Assembly: GCA_965207615.1 (NCBI GenBank)
Contig: CBDBMZ010000003.1
Coordinates: forward strand, 1,257,994-1,321,993
DNA from: Vicinamibacterales bacterium
Lineage (GTDB): Bacteria > Acidobacteriota > Vicinamibacteria > Vicinamibacterales > UBA8438
Direction of reading: 5' to 3'
Length of the DNA stretch: 64,000 nt
Position 1 is the first letter of the stretch. The number at the start of each line of letters is the position of its first letter. Positions 1 to 8,860 of this stretch are shown one piece after another. Under the pieces are notes generated by a model. The model did no database searches, had not been told where the DNA came from, and was given only the letters and a program-made list of their open reading frames with translations. A program made the position numbers and the translations under genes.

Positions 1-2987
1 CGCACCCCCGCGCGGCGCTCCGCTTCCTCCTCGGAGTAGCCCCGGTCGACGAGCGCGGTCCGCGTCGCGAGGTAGTGGCGGCGGACGTAGTTCTCGGCCT
101 CCTCGAGCACCTTCACCCGCTGCACCGCCTCGTCCATCAGCCGGGTGACGTTGTTGAACATCCCCTCGGCGGCCGACGCGATGACGATGTCGACGCGCGG
201 GCGCCCGAGCTCGCGCGCGGGGACGACCTCGACGTCGACGACGTTGCCGCGCGCGTCCCACACCGGGCGCGTGCCGAGGAGGTGGAAGATCTGCGACTCG
301 AGGATCCCCTCGTGGCGCAGCGTCTCGGCCCCCCAGATGACGAACGAGACCTTCTCGGGATAGCGCCCGTGCTCGGCGACGTGGTCCCTCAGCATCCGCT
401 CCGCGAGGAAGACGCCGAGGTCCCACGCGGCCGGTTTGGGCACCTTGTCGGGATCGATGCCGTAGAAGTTCTTGCCGGTGGGATAGGCGTCGGGGCTGCG
501 GATGGGCTCGCCCCCGCCGCCCGCCGGCACGTAGCCGCCGTCGAGGGCGTGCAGGAGATGGTCGAGCTCGCGCGGCCCCGACTCGACGATGCGGCGCTCC
601 ATGTCCTCGGCCATCACCCCGGCGTCGTCCGGCAGCAGGTCGCGGTCGACCGACACGATGGCCTCCACGGTGCTCGCGCGCATCTCCGGCTCGGGGGTGC
701 GGCCGAAGGCGTGCAACCCGTAGGGAATGTGCTGGTCCCGCAGCTCGATCACGTAGTCCTCGAGGGCGTGCAGCACGTCGTGGTCGAGCTCGGCCCCCGT
801 CCCGAGGTCGAGCCCGAGGTCCTTGACGATCCCCAGGTCGGCCGCCTGCTGCCTTATCTGGTCCGCGTACGCCTCGGCGAGCAGCTCGTTCTGGTGGACG
901 CTGCCGTGGTAGTCGTCGACGCTCTCGCCGAGCGCGGCGAGCTCGGGCAGCAGCCCGCTCTTCACGAACGGCGGCACCATGTGGTCGACGAGCGTGGCCA
1001 TGCCGCGGCGCCGCGCCACGAGGCCCTCGCCGACGACGTCGACGTTGTAGACGTAGAGGTCGGGCAGGTCGCCGATGAGCGCGTCCGGGGCGTCGGCCTC
1101 GGACAGCCCCGTGTCCTTGCCGTCGAGCCACTCCAGGGTGCCGTGCGTGCCGAGGTGGACAACGGCGTCGGCGCCGAACCCCACCGGCTCCGGCGCGCGC
1201 AGCCACGAGTAGGTCGCGACGTACTGGTGATGCGGCGCGAGGTCGTCGGCGTGGTACAGCGTCTCCTGGTCCTCGCCCCAACCGCGGGCCGGCTGCGGCA
1301 GCACCACGACGTTGCCGTACCGCAGGGCGGGAATGATCAGGCTGCCGTCCCGGGCCATGAGGGTCGCGTCCTCGGGGCGGCCCCAGTCGGCGACGACCTT
1401 CTCGCGCAGCTCGGGCGCGTAGGCGTCCAGCCACTGCAGGTAGTCGCCCATCCACGCGCGCGCCGCGCCGCCGTGCGACAGCATCTCGTCGAGCTCGCCG
1501 GGGGCGTAGCCGCCCACGTTGCGCGCCCGGGTCGTGATGCGCTCGAGGAGGGCGTCGGCGGAGAGGTCCGCGTCGTCCGATCCGAGGTGGTAGCCGTCGG
1601 CCCGCATGCGCTGGAGGATGTTGGCCAGCGACTCGGCCACGTTCAGGTAGCTGGCGCCGATGCCCGCCTTCCCCGGCGGGTAGTTGTAGTAGAGGACGGC
1701 CACGCGCTTCTCGGCGTTGGGCGTCGCGGCCAGCGCCGCGTAGCGCAGCGCGCGGCGCACCGCCGTCGTCACGCGGGAGCCGATGGGCTGGCCGGCCACG
1801 ATGGTGAGGCCGGTGTCAGCATCGGTGCGGCGCTCCTTGCTGCCGACGACGGTGGGCGCCACCAGCCCCGCCAGCTCGGGGACCGCGACCTGGAACGTCC
1901 CCTCGAACATCGACAGGCCCCGCGGCGAGGCGCGCCACTCGGCCTCGCTCCGGCCGTAGAGGCCGATCAGGCTGATGACCGGGATGTCGAGGTTGCGGAG
2001 CGGCCCGCCCGCCTCCGGGCCCGCGAAGCGGAACACGAACGCGAGGGCCACGTCCGCCCGCGCCGCGCCCGCGGGGTCGAGGAGCAGCGCCTCGAAGGCG
2101 ATGGCGGCGGGATAGCCGAAGACCGGGATGGCCTCGGCGCCCTGCCGCTCGATCTCGGCGATGACGGCGTCGAGGATCGCGGTGTCGCCCGCGTAGTACT
2201 GCGACCTGTAGAACCCGACGGCCACGCGCGCGGCCCCCGGCCGGAGCTTGCCGGCGGCGCGGCGCCACGCGTCGAACGCGTCCCAGGTTGCGAAGGCGCG
2301 CCCCGCCCCGCCGTCCGGGTAGTAGTAGCCGGCCTCGAGGCTCGGCTGCGGATCGGGGACCGTCAGCCCGGCGACGCCCGCCGCCGACAGCGCCTGCTTG
2401 AGCAGGCCGACCTGGTTCTCGAACCCCTGGTGGGCCCAGAACGCGCGCGCGCGTTCGTTCCACGCCACGCCGCGCTCGACGTAGTGCTCGCGCGGCAGCA
2501 GTCCTTCCCCGACGCCGAGCACCAGCCCCCGGCCCGTGACGTGCTCCACGAGATCGACGCCGCGCTCGGCCTCGAAGCGCTCCAGCATCTGCTGGTTCAT
2601 GACGTCGAGGACGAGCACGTCGGTCTCGAGGAGGGCGTCGACGTCGGCGTCGTCGAAGAGCGACTCGGTGAGGAACTCGACCGCGACGCGGCCCCGCAGG
2701 TCGGGGCGCTCGCCGAGGAGGGCCTGGTACGCGCCGAGGGTGCCGGACAGGTTGCCGTCGGAGAACAGGTAGGTGACGCGCGCCTCCTGGGCTCTCGCCG
2801 CAGAGGCGGCGAGCACGAACGACACGACGAGCGCGGCGCCGGCACGGGCCCACGCTGCGCGTCCCGGGGCCGCGCGTCGTCCGACCTGCGCCGCCCGGCC
2901 GGCGACGCCGTGGCGCCCGGCCGCCGCCCTCGGCCTCCGGCTTCCCGTCCCGGTCACCCGCTCGCTGGTCACACCCATGGGCGTCAT
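1..2987 (-). CDS. CobN/Mg-chelatase H family protein (HmuS/BtuS-like) with N-terminal signal/TM segment; 3' end runs off the window
   Basis: Manual minus-strand translation (absent from the ORF track; the + ORF 75..3053 is its antisense shadow) gives VHLGTHGTLEWLDGKDTGL...YVYNVDVVGEGLVARRRG..LVDHMVPP, PTGKNFYGIDP and RPRVDIVI, all CobN motifs. N-terminus ...AALVVSFVLAASAARAQE looks like a signal peptide. ATG at 2987 (alternative 2978). Confidence 0.9.
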   Translation of the reverse strand, partial: MTPMGVTSERVTGTGSRRPRAAAGRHGVAGRAAQVGRRAAPGRAAWARAGAALVVSFVLAASAARAQEARVTYLFSDGNLSGTLGAYQALLGERPDLRGRVAVEFLTESLFDDADVDALLETDVLVLDVMNQQMLERFEAERGVDLVEHVTGRGLVLGVGEGLLPREHYVERGVAWNERARAFWAHQGFENQVGLLKQALSAAGVAGLTVPDPQPSLEAGYYYPDGGAGRAFATWDAFDAWRRAAGKLRPGAARVAVGFYRSQYYAGDTAILDAVIAEIERQGAEAIPVFGYPAAIAFEALLLDPAGAARADVALAFVFRFAGPEAGGPLRNLDIPVISLIGLYGRSEAEWRASPRGLSMFEGTFQVAVPELAGLVAPTVVGSKERRTDADTGLTIVAGQPIGSRVTTAVRRALRYAALAATPNAEKRVAVLYYNYPPGKAGIGASYLNVAESLANILQRMRADGYHLGSDDADLSADALLERITTRARNVGGYAPGELDEMLSHGGAARAWMGDYLQWLDAYAPELREKVVADWGRPEDATLMARDGSLIIPALRYGNVVVLPQPARGWGEDQETLYHADDLAPHHQYVATYSWLRAPEPVGFGADAVVHLGTHGTLEWLDGKDTGLSEADAPDALIGDLPDLYVYNVDVVGEGLVARRRGMATLVDHMVPPFVKSGLLPELAALGESVDDYHGSVHQNELLAEAYADQIRQQAADLGIVKDLGLDLGTGAELDHDVLHALEDYVIELRDQHIPYGLHAFGRTPEPEMRASTVEAIVSVDRDLLPDDAGVMAEDMERRIVESGPRELDHLLHALDGGYVPAGGGGEPIRSPDAYPTGKNFYGIDPDKVPKPAAWDLGVFLAERMLRDHVAEHGRYPEKVSFVIWGAETLRHEGILESQIFHLLGTRPVWDARGNVVDVEVVPARELGRPRVDIVIASAAEGMFNNVTRLMDEAVQRVKVLEEAENYVRRHYLATRTALVDRGYSEEEAERRAGV

Positions 2988-3037
2988 CTCCGTCCTTGGT
3001 CCGGCGTGCGTCGGTTCCGCGCCCGGACGTCCGTACG

Positions 3038-3370
3038 TCAGTCGGGCACGTAGACGACCTGCCCGTCGGCGAGGCGATAGGCGGTACCGAGGCGCTCGCC
3101 CTGCCCGCCGAGCGTCTCGCCGGTCAGCTCGTAGGCGGTGATCTCGGTGCCCCGCTTGACGATGATCTCGCTCAGGCCGTCGGCGTTCGTCTTGACCAGC
3201 GTGACCTCGCTGTCCGGATCGACGAGGTCGCCGATGCGGTAGACCGAGAAGAGCGTGATCATCAAGCCGACGATGAACACCACCGATACGTCGAAGATGT
3301 TCGCGACCCCCGCGAGGGGATCCTCGTCCTCGGCGTCAGCCGGCGACGGCAGATGCAGAAAGCGTCCCAT
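3038..3370 (-). CDS. DUF2149 family protein (HmuV-like)
   Basis: EDEDPLAGVANIFDVSVVFIVGL and GERLGTAYRLADGQVVYVP are typical DUF2149 motifs; usual neighbour of CobN-like genes. Confidence 0.9.
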   Translation of the reverse strand: MGRFLHLPSPADAEDEDPLAGVANIFDVSVVFIVGLMITLFSVYRIGDLVDPDSEVTLVKTNADGLSEIIVKRGTEITAYELTGETLGGQGERLGTAYRLADGQVVYVPD

Positions 3371-4037
3371 CGTGTCGTTCCTCCGCCGCGAGTTCCTCCG
3401 CCGCCGTGCCGCCGGGCACGTCGCGCCTCAGCTCGCCCGCGAGCCGCTCCGCCAGGTACCGCTGCTCGCGCACCGCCTCGTTGACCCAGCCGTGTCGGAC
3501 CACCTGGATGACATAGGCGACGGTCCCGGCCGAGAGGCCCACGATGGTCGTGGTGAACGCCACCACCATCTGGCCCGCCATCGCCTCGAGGTTCCCGGCG
3601 GTCAGCGAGGCGAGCGCCGTCCCCATCGGAATGAGGGTGCCGAGCAGGCCGAGGCTCGGCCCCACCTTGACGAGCAGCCGCGACCCGTTCAGGGTGCGCC
3701 TCACCCGCTCCTCGCGCTCGAGGACCAGATGCTCGAGACCGCCGTCGCCGAACGACGGCTTCAGGCGTTCCGCCTCGACGTCCCGCAGCAGGCCCCGCAG
3801 GGCCGCCGGCAACGCCGCCCTCCGCGCGGAGTCCGAGCCGAGCACCGGGCCGGCGTCGAGCCACCCGTTGAGGTCGAAGCGGCCGCGCTCCTGCCGGCGG
3901 GCGAGCCATTCCATCAAGCACCCGCCGGCCATGAACACCGCGGCGCCGACCGCCGCCCACAGGAGCACGATGACGGGAAAGCGCAATACCTGGGCCAGCG
4001 CGAACAGGCCGTTCTCGAGCGTGCCGAGCAGATTCAC
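3336..4037 (-). CDS. MotA/TolQ/ExbB proton channel family protein (HmuU-like)
   Basis: KVGPSLGLLGTLIPM...MVVAFTTTIVGL. GTG start at 4037 overlaps the upstream stop (GTGA). Confidence 0.88.
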   Translation of the reverse strand: MNLLGTLENGLFALAQVLRFPVIVLLWAAVGAAVFMAGGCLMEWLARRQERGRFDLNGWLDAGPVLGSDSARRAALPAALRGLLRDVEAERLKPSFGDGGLEHLVLEREERVRRTLNGSRLLVKVGPSLGLLGTLIPMGTALASLTAGNLEAMAGQMVVAFTTTIVGLSAGTVAYVIQVVRHGWVNEAVREQRYLAERLAGELRRDVPGGTAAEELAAEERHDGTLSASAVAG

Positions 4038-4606
4038 CGCCGCCTCCGGAGCGTATGCAGTCCACCGAGCGAGACCATCGCCGCGACCCCCACGACGACC
4101 CAGGGATGGACGCCCGGCCGGACGAGGCCGTCCGTTTCGAGATTCATCGCCGCCGCCGCGCGCCACCCCGCGGTCACCGCCGGCGCCGCCGCGACGGCCA
4201 GGCCGAGCGCACCGATTGCGGCCAGCGCGTCGTCGCGGAGCGCCGGCGGGGCGAACCCCGGGTCGCGCCGCGACGACGACGCCGCGACGGCGAGGACCGC
4301 GGCCACCGCCAGCCACGCCGCCCACGCCGGCAGGCCGTAGCCGGCCAGCACCCGGGTCCAGAGGCCGCCGGCCAGCCCCGCCACCAGCGACGCGGGCAAC
4401 GACGCCGTCACGCCGTGCGGACGGGCCAGCGACAGCCCCGCCGCGGCGGCGACGAGCACGCCGATCCACCGTGCCTCCGGCTGGAACCAGAAGGCGCCGA
4501 GCGCGAAGCCGCCCGCGAGAGCGAGAACACCGCGACGCTCCCTCGCCGCGGTGGCGAGGGTCGCGCAAGCCAGCGCGCACAGCAGGCCGACGGCGTGCAG
4601 CAGCAA
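4034..4606 (-). CDS. Multi-pass membrane protein (occupies the HmuT position)
   Basis: About 6 hydrophobic segments; translationally coupled to the ExbB-like gene. Start uncertain (TTG 4606 chosen; ORF open to 4690). Confidence 0.7.
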   Translation of the reverse strand: MLLHAVGLLCALACATLATAARERRGVLALAGGFALGAFWFQPEARWIGVLVAAAAGLSLARPHGVTASLPASLVAGLAGGLWTRVLAGYGLPAWAAWLAVAAVLAVAASSSRRDPGFAPPALRDDALAAIGALGLAVAAAPAVTAGWRAAAAMNLETDGLVRPGVHPWVVVGVAAMVSLGGLHTLRRRR

Positions 4607-4695
4607 TCTGATGTCCCCCGCGATCCGAGTCTCGGCCCGCCTCCGCACCACATTAGAGCACCATGCCCGGAACGGCGGCGGCGCCCGCACAGGAA

Positions 4696-4774
4696 CTTCA
4701 GGAATTCTTAAGGATTCCTCAAGGCCACAGCGGATCCGCGGGCTGACTTCAGGAACTCTTCAGAAATTCTTCAG
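4696..4774. promoter_or_regulatory. Two triplets of 11-bp-period direct repeats (CTT[C/A]AG-N5), probable OmpR/PhoB-family response regulator boxes
   Basis: CTTCAG(4696)-gaatt-CTTAAG(4707)-gattc-CTCAAG(4718) and CTTCAG(4747)-gaact-CTTCAG(4758)-aaatt-CTTCAG(4769). TATACT at 4798-4803, 23 nt downstream. Confidence 0.7.
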
Positions 4775-4982
4775 ACCCCGACGCAAAACGCGCTCACTAT
4801 ACTCCACTCCACGTCAATCGTCGGACCTCTCCGCGCACGGCTCGACGACACCCGTTGCCCAGGACCGCGGCCCGTCCCGTCGTCAGACGGATTCGTGGGC
4901 TCGGCCGCGGGTCGCCGGTGTAGTCCGTGTGCGTGTCGTCGATCCATGCGGGGTCGACCAGGCAAGGAAGGACCAGGTCATC

Positions 4983-7343
4983 ATGACGCGGTATCGCGCC
5001 CTGCTCGGCATCTTGCTCTGCGCGCTGGCCATTGCGCCGGCCGCCGCCCAGGAACCCCTGACGGTGAGCGGAACCGTCACCGACTCGTCAGGCGGCGTCC
5101 TCCCGGGGGTGACCGTCGAGGCGCAGCGCGGGCTTCGCGTGGTGGCGACCGCGGCCACCGGGAACGACGGGGCGTACCGCTTGGACCTGGCCGAGGCCGG
5201 CCGCTACCGGGTGACGGCCCACCTGGACGGCTTCGCGGCCGGCGACGCGGACGTAGCCGCCGCCGGTGCGGCGACCGCCGACTTCCGCCTCGACATCGCC
5301 CCCGTCCGGGACACCGTCGTCGTCACCGCCTCCCGCACCGCCGAGAGCGCCGCGTCGGTCACCGAGTCGCACTCGGTCTTCACCGCCGACGACATCGAGA
5401 CCCTCGGCAGCCACTCGGTCGCCGACGTCCTGCGCTACGTGCCCGGCCTCAACGTCGAGTCGACGGGCCGCGAGGGCGCTCTCGCCTCCGTCTTCGCCCG
5501 CGGCGGCGAGTCCGACTACAACCATGTCCTCATCGACGGCGTGCGGGTCAACGACAACGGCGGCTATTTCGACTTCGACAAGGTCTCCGCCGCCGAGATC
5601 GACCGCGTCGAGGTCGTGCGCGGCGCCCAGTCGGCCCTCTACGGCTCCGACGCCATCGGCTCCGTCATCCAGATATTCACCAAGCGAGGAACTCCCGACA
5701 GCGGCCCACGGTTGTCCGGCAATTTCGAGGGCGGCTCGTTCGGCACCACCCGCGGCGACCTGCGCGTCCTCGGCGGCGCCGCCGGCCGCGTCGACTACCA
5801 GCTCGGCGTCGCCCACCGCGCGACCGACGGCGCGTTCCAGGACCGGCTCCTCGAGCCCGACCGCTTCGACCAGCAGTCCATCGACGGCAACCTCGGCGCC
5901 ATCCTCGGAGACAGCACCCGCCTGCGCGGCGGCTTCCGCTACAGCAACCGCCGCGGCAGCTCCGTCGGCAACATCACCTACGCCCGGGGCGACACCGGCG
6001 GCGGCTACGACACCGACGATCTGACCTGGCACGTCGACTTCGACCAGACCCTCTCCTCGCGCTTCGACCATTCCGCGACGGTGAGCCACTTCCGGTCCGG
6101 ACGCCTGTCGATGGACAGCGTCGGCGACCCCCAGTACCGCGTCTTCGCCCTCCTCGAGGGCGAGCCCGGCGCCCTCTACCCGGCCGGCCCGCGCCTCGTG
6201 CGGCTCCTCGACGAGCCCGCCTTCGACGCCCTCATGGCCGACCCGTCGGGCCTTGGGGCCGGCCAGTTCCTCGCCCGCACCGGCCCCTACAGCGGATTCG
6301 ACTATCCCTTCGAGTTCGAGAGCCAGTTGCGCCGGCCCGCCGTCCGCTACCAGGCCAACGCAACCTGGCTCGACGACCAGGTCTTCAGCGCCGGCTACGA
6401 CTACTTCAGCGAGACCAACGCCCTCGACACCCAGCAGGCGGTGGAGAACCACTCCTACTTCCTGCAGCAGCAGTTCAACGTGGCCGACGCGTGGTTCGTC
6501 ACCAGCGGGGCGCGCATCGACAACAACTCCCTCTACGGCGCCGCCGTCAATCCCAAGCTGTCCGCCGGCGGCTACCCCCTGCCTTATCGCGCGGGCGCCC
6601 TCTCGTCGGTCAAGGTGTCGGCCAACGTGGGGCGCGGCATCAAGAACCCGACCTTCTCCCAGCTCTACGGCTCGCAGTGGGTCGACGGCGACCTGTTGCT
6701 GCTGCCCGAGGAGGCGCTGACCGTCGACGCGGGAGCCGAGCTGACCTTCGACGACCAGCGCTGGCTGGCGAGCTTCACCTGGTTCAGCAACGACTACGAG
6801 AACCAGATCGCCTACTCGCCCTCGCTCGGCTTCGGGGGCGACGGCGTCCCCGACTACGTCAACATCGACGGGTCGCGGGCGGACGGGGTCGAGATGGAGT
6901 TCGCCATGCAGCGGCCCCTCGGCGGGGTGACGGCCAGCGCCTCCTACGCCCTGGTGGACACCGAGGTCGTGACCAACGCGAGCACCAGCGAGCAGTTCCA
7001 GCCGGGCCAGCCGCTGCTGCGCCGGCCCCGGCACTCGGCCAACCTGCGCCTCGGCTACACGCAGGGACGCGGCAGCCTGCACCTGTCCATGCGGGTGACC
7101 GGCGACCGTCACGACAGCGCGTTCCTCGGTCTGCAGCGTGCCTCGGACGGCCGCGGAGTGGACATCACCGTCAACCCCGGCTACACGCTGGTCACCGCCG
7201 GCGGTCAGTTCCGGGTGAGCCCCGAGCTGGCCCTGTTCCTGCGCATCGACAACCTGACGGACGTGGTGTACGACAGCGCGCTCGGATACCCGGGCCTGCC
7301 CCGCGCGTTCGTGGCCGGGGGCCGCTTCAACTTCGGCGGCTGA
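4983..7343 (+). CDS. TonB-dependent receptor (BtuB/heme-receptor-like) with N-terminal carboxypeptidase regulatory-like domain
   Basis: Signal peptide; VSGTVTDSSGGVLPGVTV domain; DTVVVTASR; plug motif IDRVEVVRGAQSALYGSDAIGSVIQIFTK; C-terminal LRIDNLTD...GGRFNF. Confidence 0.93.
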   Translation: MTRYRALLGILLCALAIAPAAAQEPLTVSGTVTDSSGGVLPGVTVEAQRGLRVVATAATGNDGAYRLDLAEAGRYRVTAHLDGFAAGDADVAAAGAATADFRLDIAPVRDTVVVTASRTAESAASVTESHSVFTADDIETLGSHSVADVLRYVPGLNVESTGREGALASVFARGGESDYNHVLIDGVRVNDNGGYFDFDKVSAAEIDRVEVVRGAQSALYGSDAIGSVIQIFTKRGTPDSGPRLSGNFEGGSFGTTRGDLRVLGGAAGRVDYQLGVAHRATDGAFQDRLLEPDRFDQQSIDGNLGAILGDSTRLRGGFRYSNRRGSSVGNITYARGDTGGGYDTDDLTWHVDFDQTLSSRFDHSATVSHFRSGRLSMDSVGDPQYRVFALLEGEPGALYPAGPRLVRLLDEPAFDALMADPSGLGAGQFLARTGPYSGFDYPFEFESQLRRPAVRYQANATWLDDQVFSAGYDYFSETNALDTQQAVENHSYFLQQQFNVADAWFVTSGARIDNNSLYGAAVNPKLSAGGYPLPYRAGALSSVKVSANVGRGIKNPTFSQLYGSQWVDGDLLLLPEEALTVDAGAELTFDDQRWLASFTWFSNDYENQIAYSPSLGFGGDGVPDYVNIDGSRADGVEMEFAMQRPLGGVTASASYALVDTEVVTNASTSEQFQPGQPLLRRPRHSANLRLGYTQGRGSLHLSMRVTGDRHDSAFLGLQRASDGRGVDITVNPGYTLVTAGGQFRVSPELALFLRIDNLTDVVYDSALGYPGLPRAFVAGGRFNFGG

Positions 7344-7411
7344 CGCGCTCGCCTCGGGCGGACCCCGGGGCCGGTCGCGCGCGGCTTCGCGCTGGAGGGA
7401 GCTGAATCGGC

Positions 7412-8602
7412 GTGAGTCTGCTGGACCGTTCGGGACCGTTGCGGCGCGCACTGTTCCAGGTCCACCTGTGGACCGGCGTGGCGATCGCGCTCTACGTCGT
7501 CGTCGTCTCGGTCACCGGCGCCGCCCTCGTCTTCCGCATCCACCTGCAGCGGGCCGCGCACCCGGCGTTGCTGACGGCCGCCACCGACGGTCCGCAGGCG
7601 GACATCGCGACGGTGCTCGAGAACGTACGCGACGCGTACCCGGGCGGCCGCGTGGCCGGGGTCGACGCGCCGACCACGGTGCGGCCGACCCACCTCGCCT
7701 ACGTCACCGAGGGCGGCCGGTTCCGTACCGTGCTCATCGACCCGGTCACCGCCGAGGTGCTGGGCGAGCTGCCCGAGCGCTCGGTGGTGCGCACCCTGCA
7801 GGACCTGCACTTCGACCTCCTCGCCGGCTCCACCGGCCGCGTCGTCAACGGCATCGGCGCGCTCTGCCTGCTGCTGCTCTGCCTGACCGGCGTGTTCGTC
7901 TGGTGGCCGGAACGGTCGGGGTGGCGGCGCGCCCTGAGCGTCGACTGGCGCCGCCCCTGGCGGCGCGTCACGTGGGAGCTGCACGGCGCGGTGGGCGTCT
8001 GGACGCTCGTCCTCACCGCCGGCTGGGCCGTCACCGGGGCGTACTTCGTGTTTCCCGACGAGTTCCGCGCCGCGGTGAACCGCATCTCCCCGCTGACCGC
8101 CCCCGTCCGCCCGCCGCAGTCGAATCCCGACGGCGCCGCGTCCGAAGCGCGCCCCACTTGGCGAGAGCTCATCGACCGGGCCCGCCCGGCCGAGCCGGGC
8201 GCGTTCGTCGCAAGAGTCGTGGTGCCGGCCGGCGACGAGGCGCCGTTCCAGGTGCTGTTCACCGACCACCGTCCGAGCCGGCTCGGCGCGCGCCACTTGC
8301 GGACGGTCTACCTCGACCAGTACACGGGCGAGCGGCTCGCCGCGCCGCCGGCGGGGCGGCGCACCCTCGGCGACGTCGTCATCGCCCTCGTCGGCCCCGT
8401 GCACTTCGGCAACTTCGGCGGCGTGGGCGTCCGCCTGGTGTGGCTCGTGATCGGCCTCGCGCCCGCCGTGCTGGGCGTCACGGGCCTCCTCCTGTGGTGG
8501 ACGCGCGTCCTTGCGCCGGCGTGGCGCCGGCGCAAGGAGGCCGGATCCACGCCCCGGCCGCCGGCGCAGGTCGTGCCGGTGCCGGATGACATGAGCACCT
8601 GA
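7412..8602 (+). CDS. PepSY-associated TM helix protein (iron-regulated inner membrane protein)
   Basis: LFQVHLWTGV, LQDLHFDLL, LTGVFVWWP, WELHGAVG and VHFGNFGG: conserved His-bearing TM helices. Confidence 0.9.
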   Translation: MSLLDRSGPLRRALFQVHLWTGVAIALYVVVVSVTGAALVFRIHLQRAAHPALLTAATDGPQADIATVLENVRDAYPGGRVAGVDAPTTVRPTHLAYVTEGGRFRTVLIDPVTAEVLGELPERSVVRTLQDLHFDLLAGSTGRVVNGIGALCLLLLCLTGVFVWWPERSGWRRALSVDWRRPWRRVTWELHGAVGVWTLVLTAGWAVTGAYFVFPDEFRAAVNRISPLTAPVRPPQSNPDGAASEARPTWRELIDRARPAEPGAFVARVVVPAGDEAPFQVLFTDHRPSRLGARHLRTVYLDQYTGERLAAPPAGRRTLGDVVIALVGPVHFGNFGGVGVRLVWLVIGLAPAVLGVTGLLLWWTRVLAPAWRRRKEAGSTPRPPAQVVPVPDDMST

Positions 8603-8860
8603 GAAGCCCATGGCCCGAACGCAGGAACCCGAGACGGACCGCGTGCTCACCGACGCGGAGCGCCGGCACCTGCTGCGGCGCCTCGCCTTCGCGGCGACAC
8701 CGGCGCTGGAGGAAGTGGTGCCGGCGCCGGCTGACACGAGCACCTGAGAGCCCCATGACCCGAGCCCAGGAACCCGAGTCGGACCGCGTGCTCACCGACG
8801 CGGAGCGCCGGCACCTGCTGCGGCGCCTCGCGTTCGCGGCGACGCCAGCGCTGGAGGAAG
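8570..8860 (+). repeat. Diverged 145-bp tandem duplication spanning the PepSY stop and DUF1800 start
   Basis: Starts ATGGCCCGAACGCAGGAACCCGAG (8610) and ATGACCCGAGCCCAGGAACCCGAG (8755) lie 145 bp apart. Both copies contain gaccgcgtgctcaccgacgcggagcgccggcacctgctgcggcgcctcgc. Confidence 0.92.
8610..8747 (+). CDS. 45-aa chimeric mini-ORF created by the duplication (DUF1800 N-terminus + PepSY C-terminus)
   Basis: MARTQEPETDRVLTDAERRHLLRRLAFAATPALEE-VVPAPADTST*; expression unknown. Confidence 0.4.
   Translation: MARTQEPETDRVLTDAERRHLLRRLAFAATPALEEVVPAPADTST

Noticed and set aside
75-3053. 992-aa plus-strand ORF
   Set aside because: Antisense shadow of the minus-strand CobN-like gene; no motifs of its own.
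4610-4982. Possible cobalamin riboswitch upstream of the BtuB-like receptor or CobN-like operon
   Set aside because: Could not find the conserved B12-box elements (GGGAA, GCCCCCGCAACTGT, GCCACTG, AGYCAG) on either strand by eye; an Rfam/Infernal scan would settle it.
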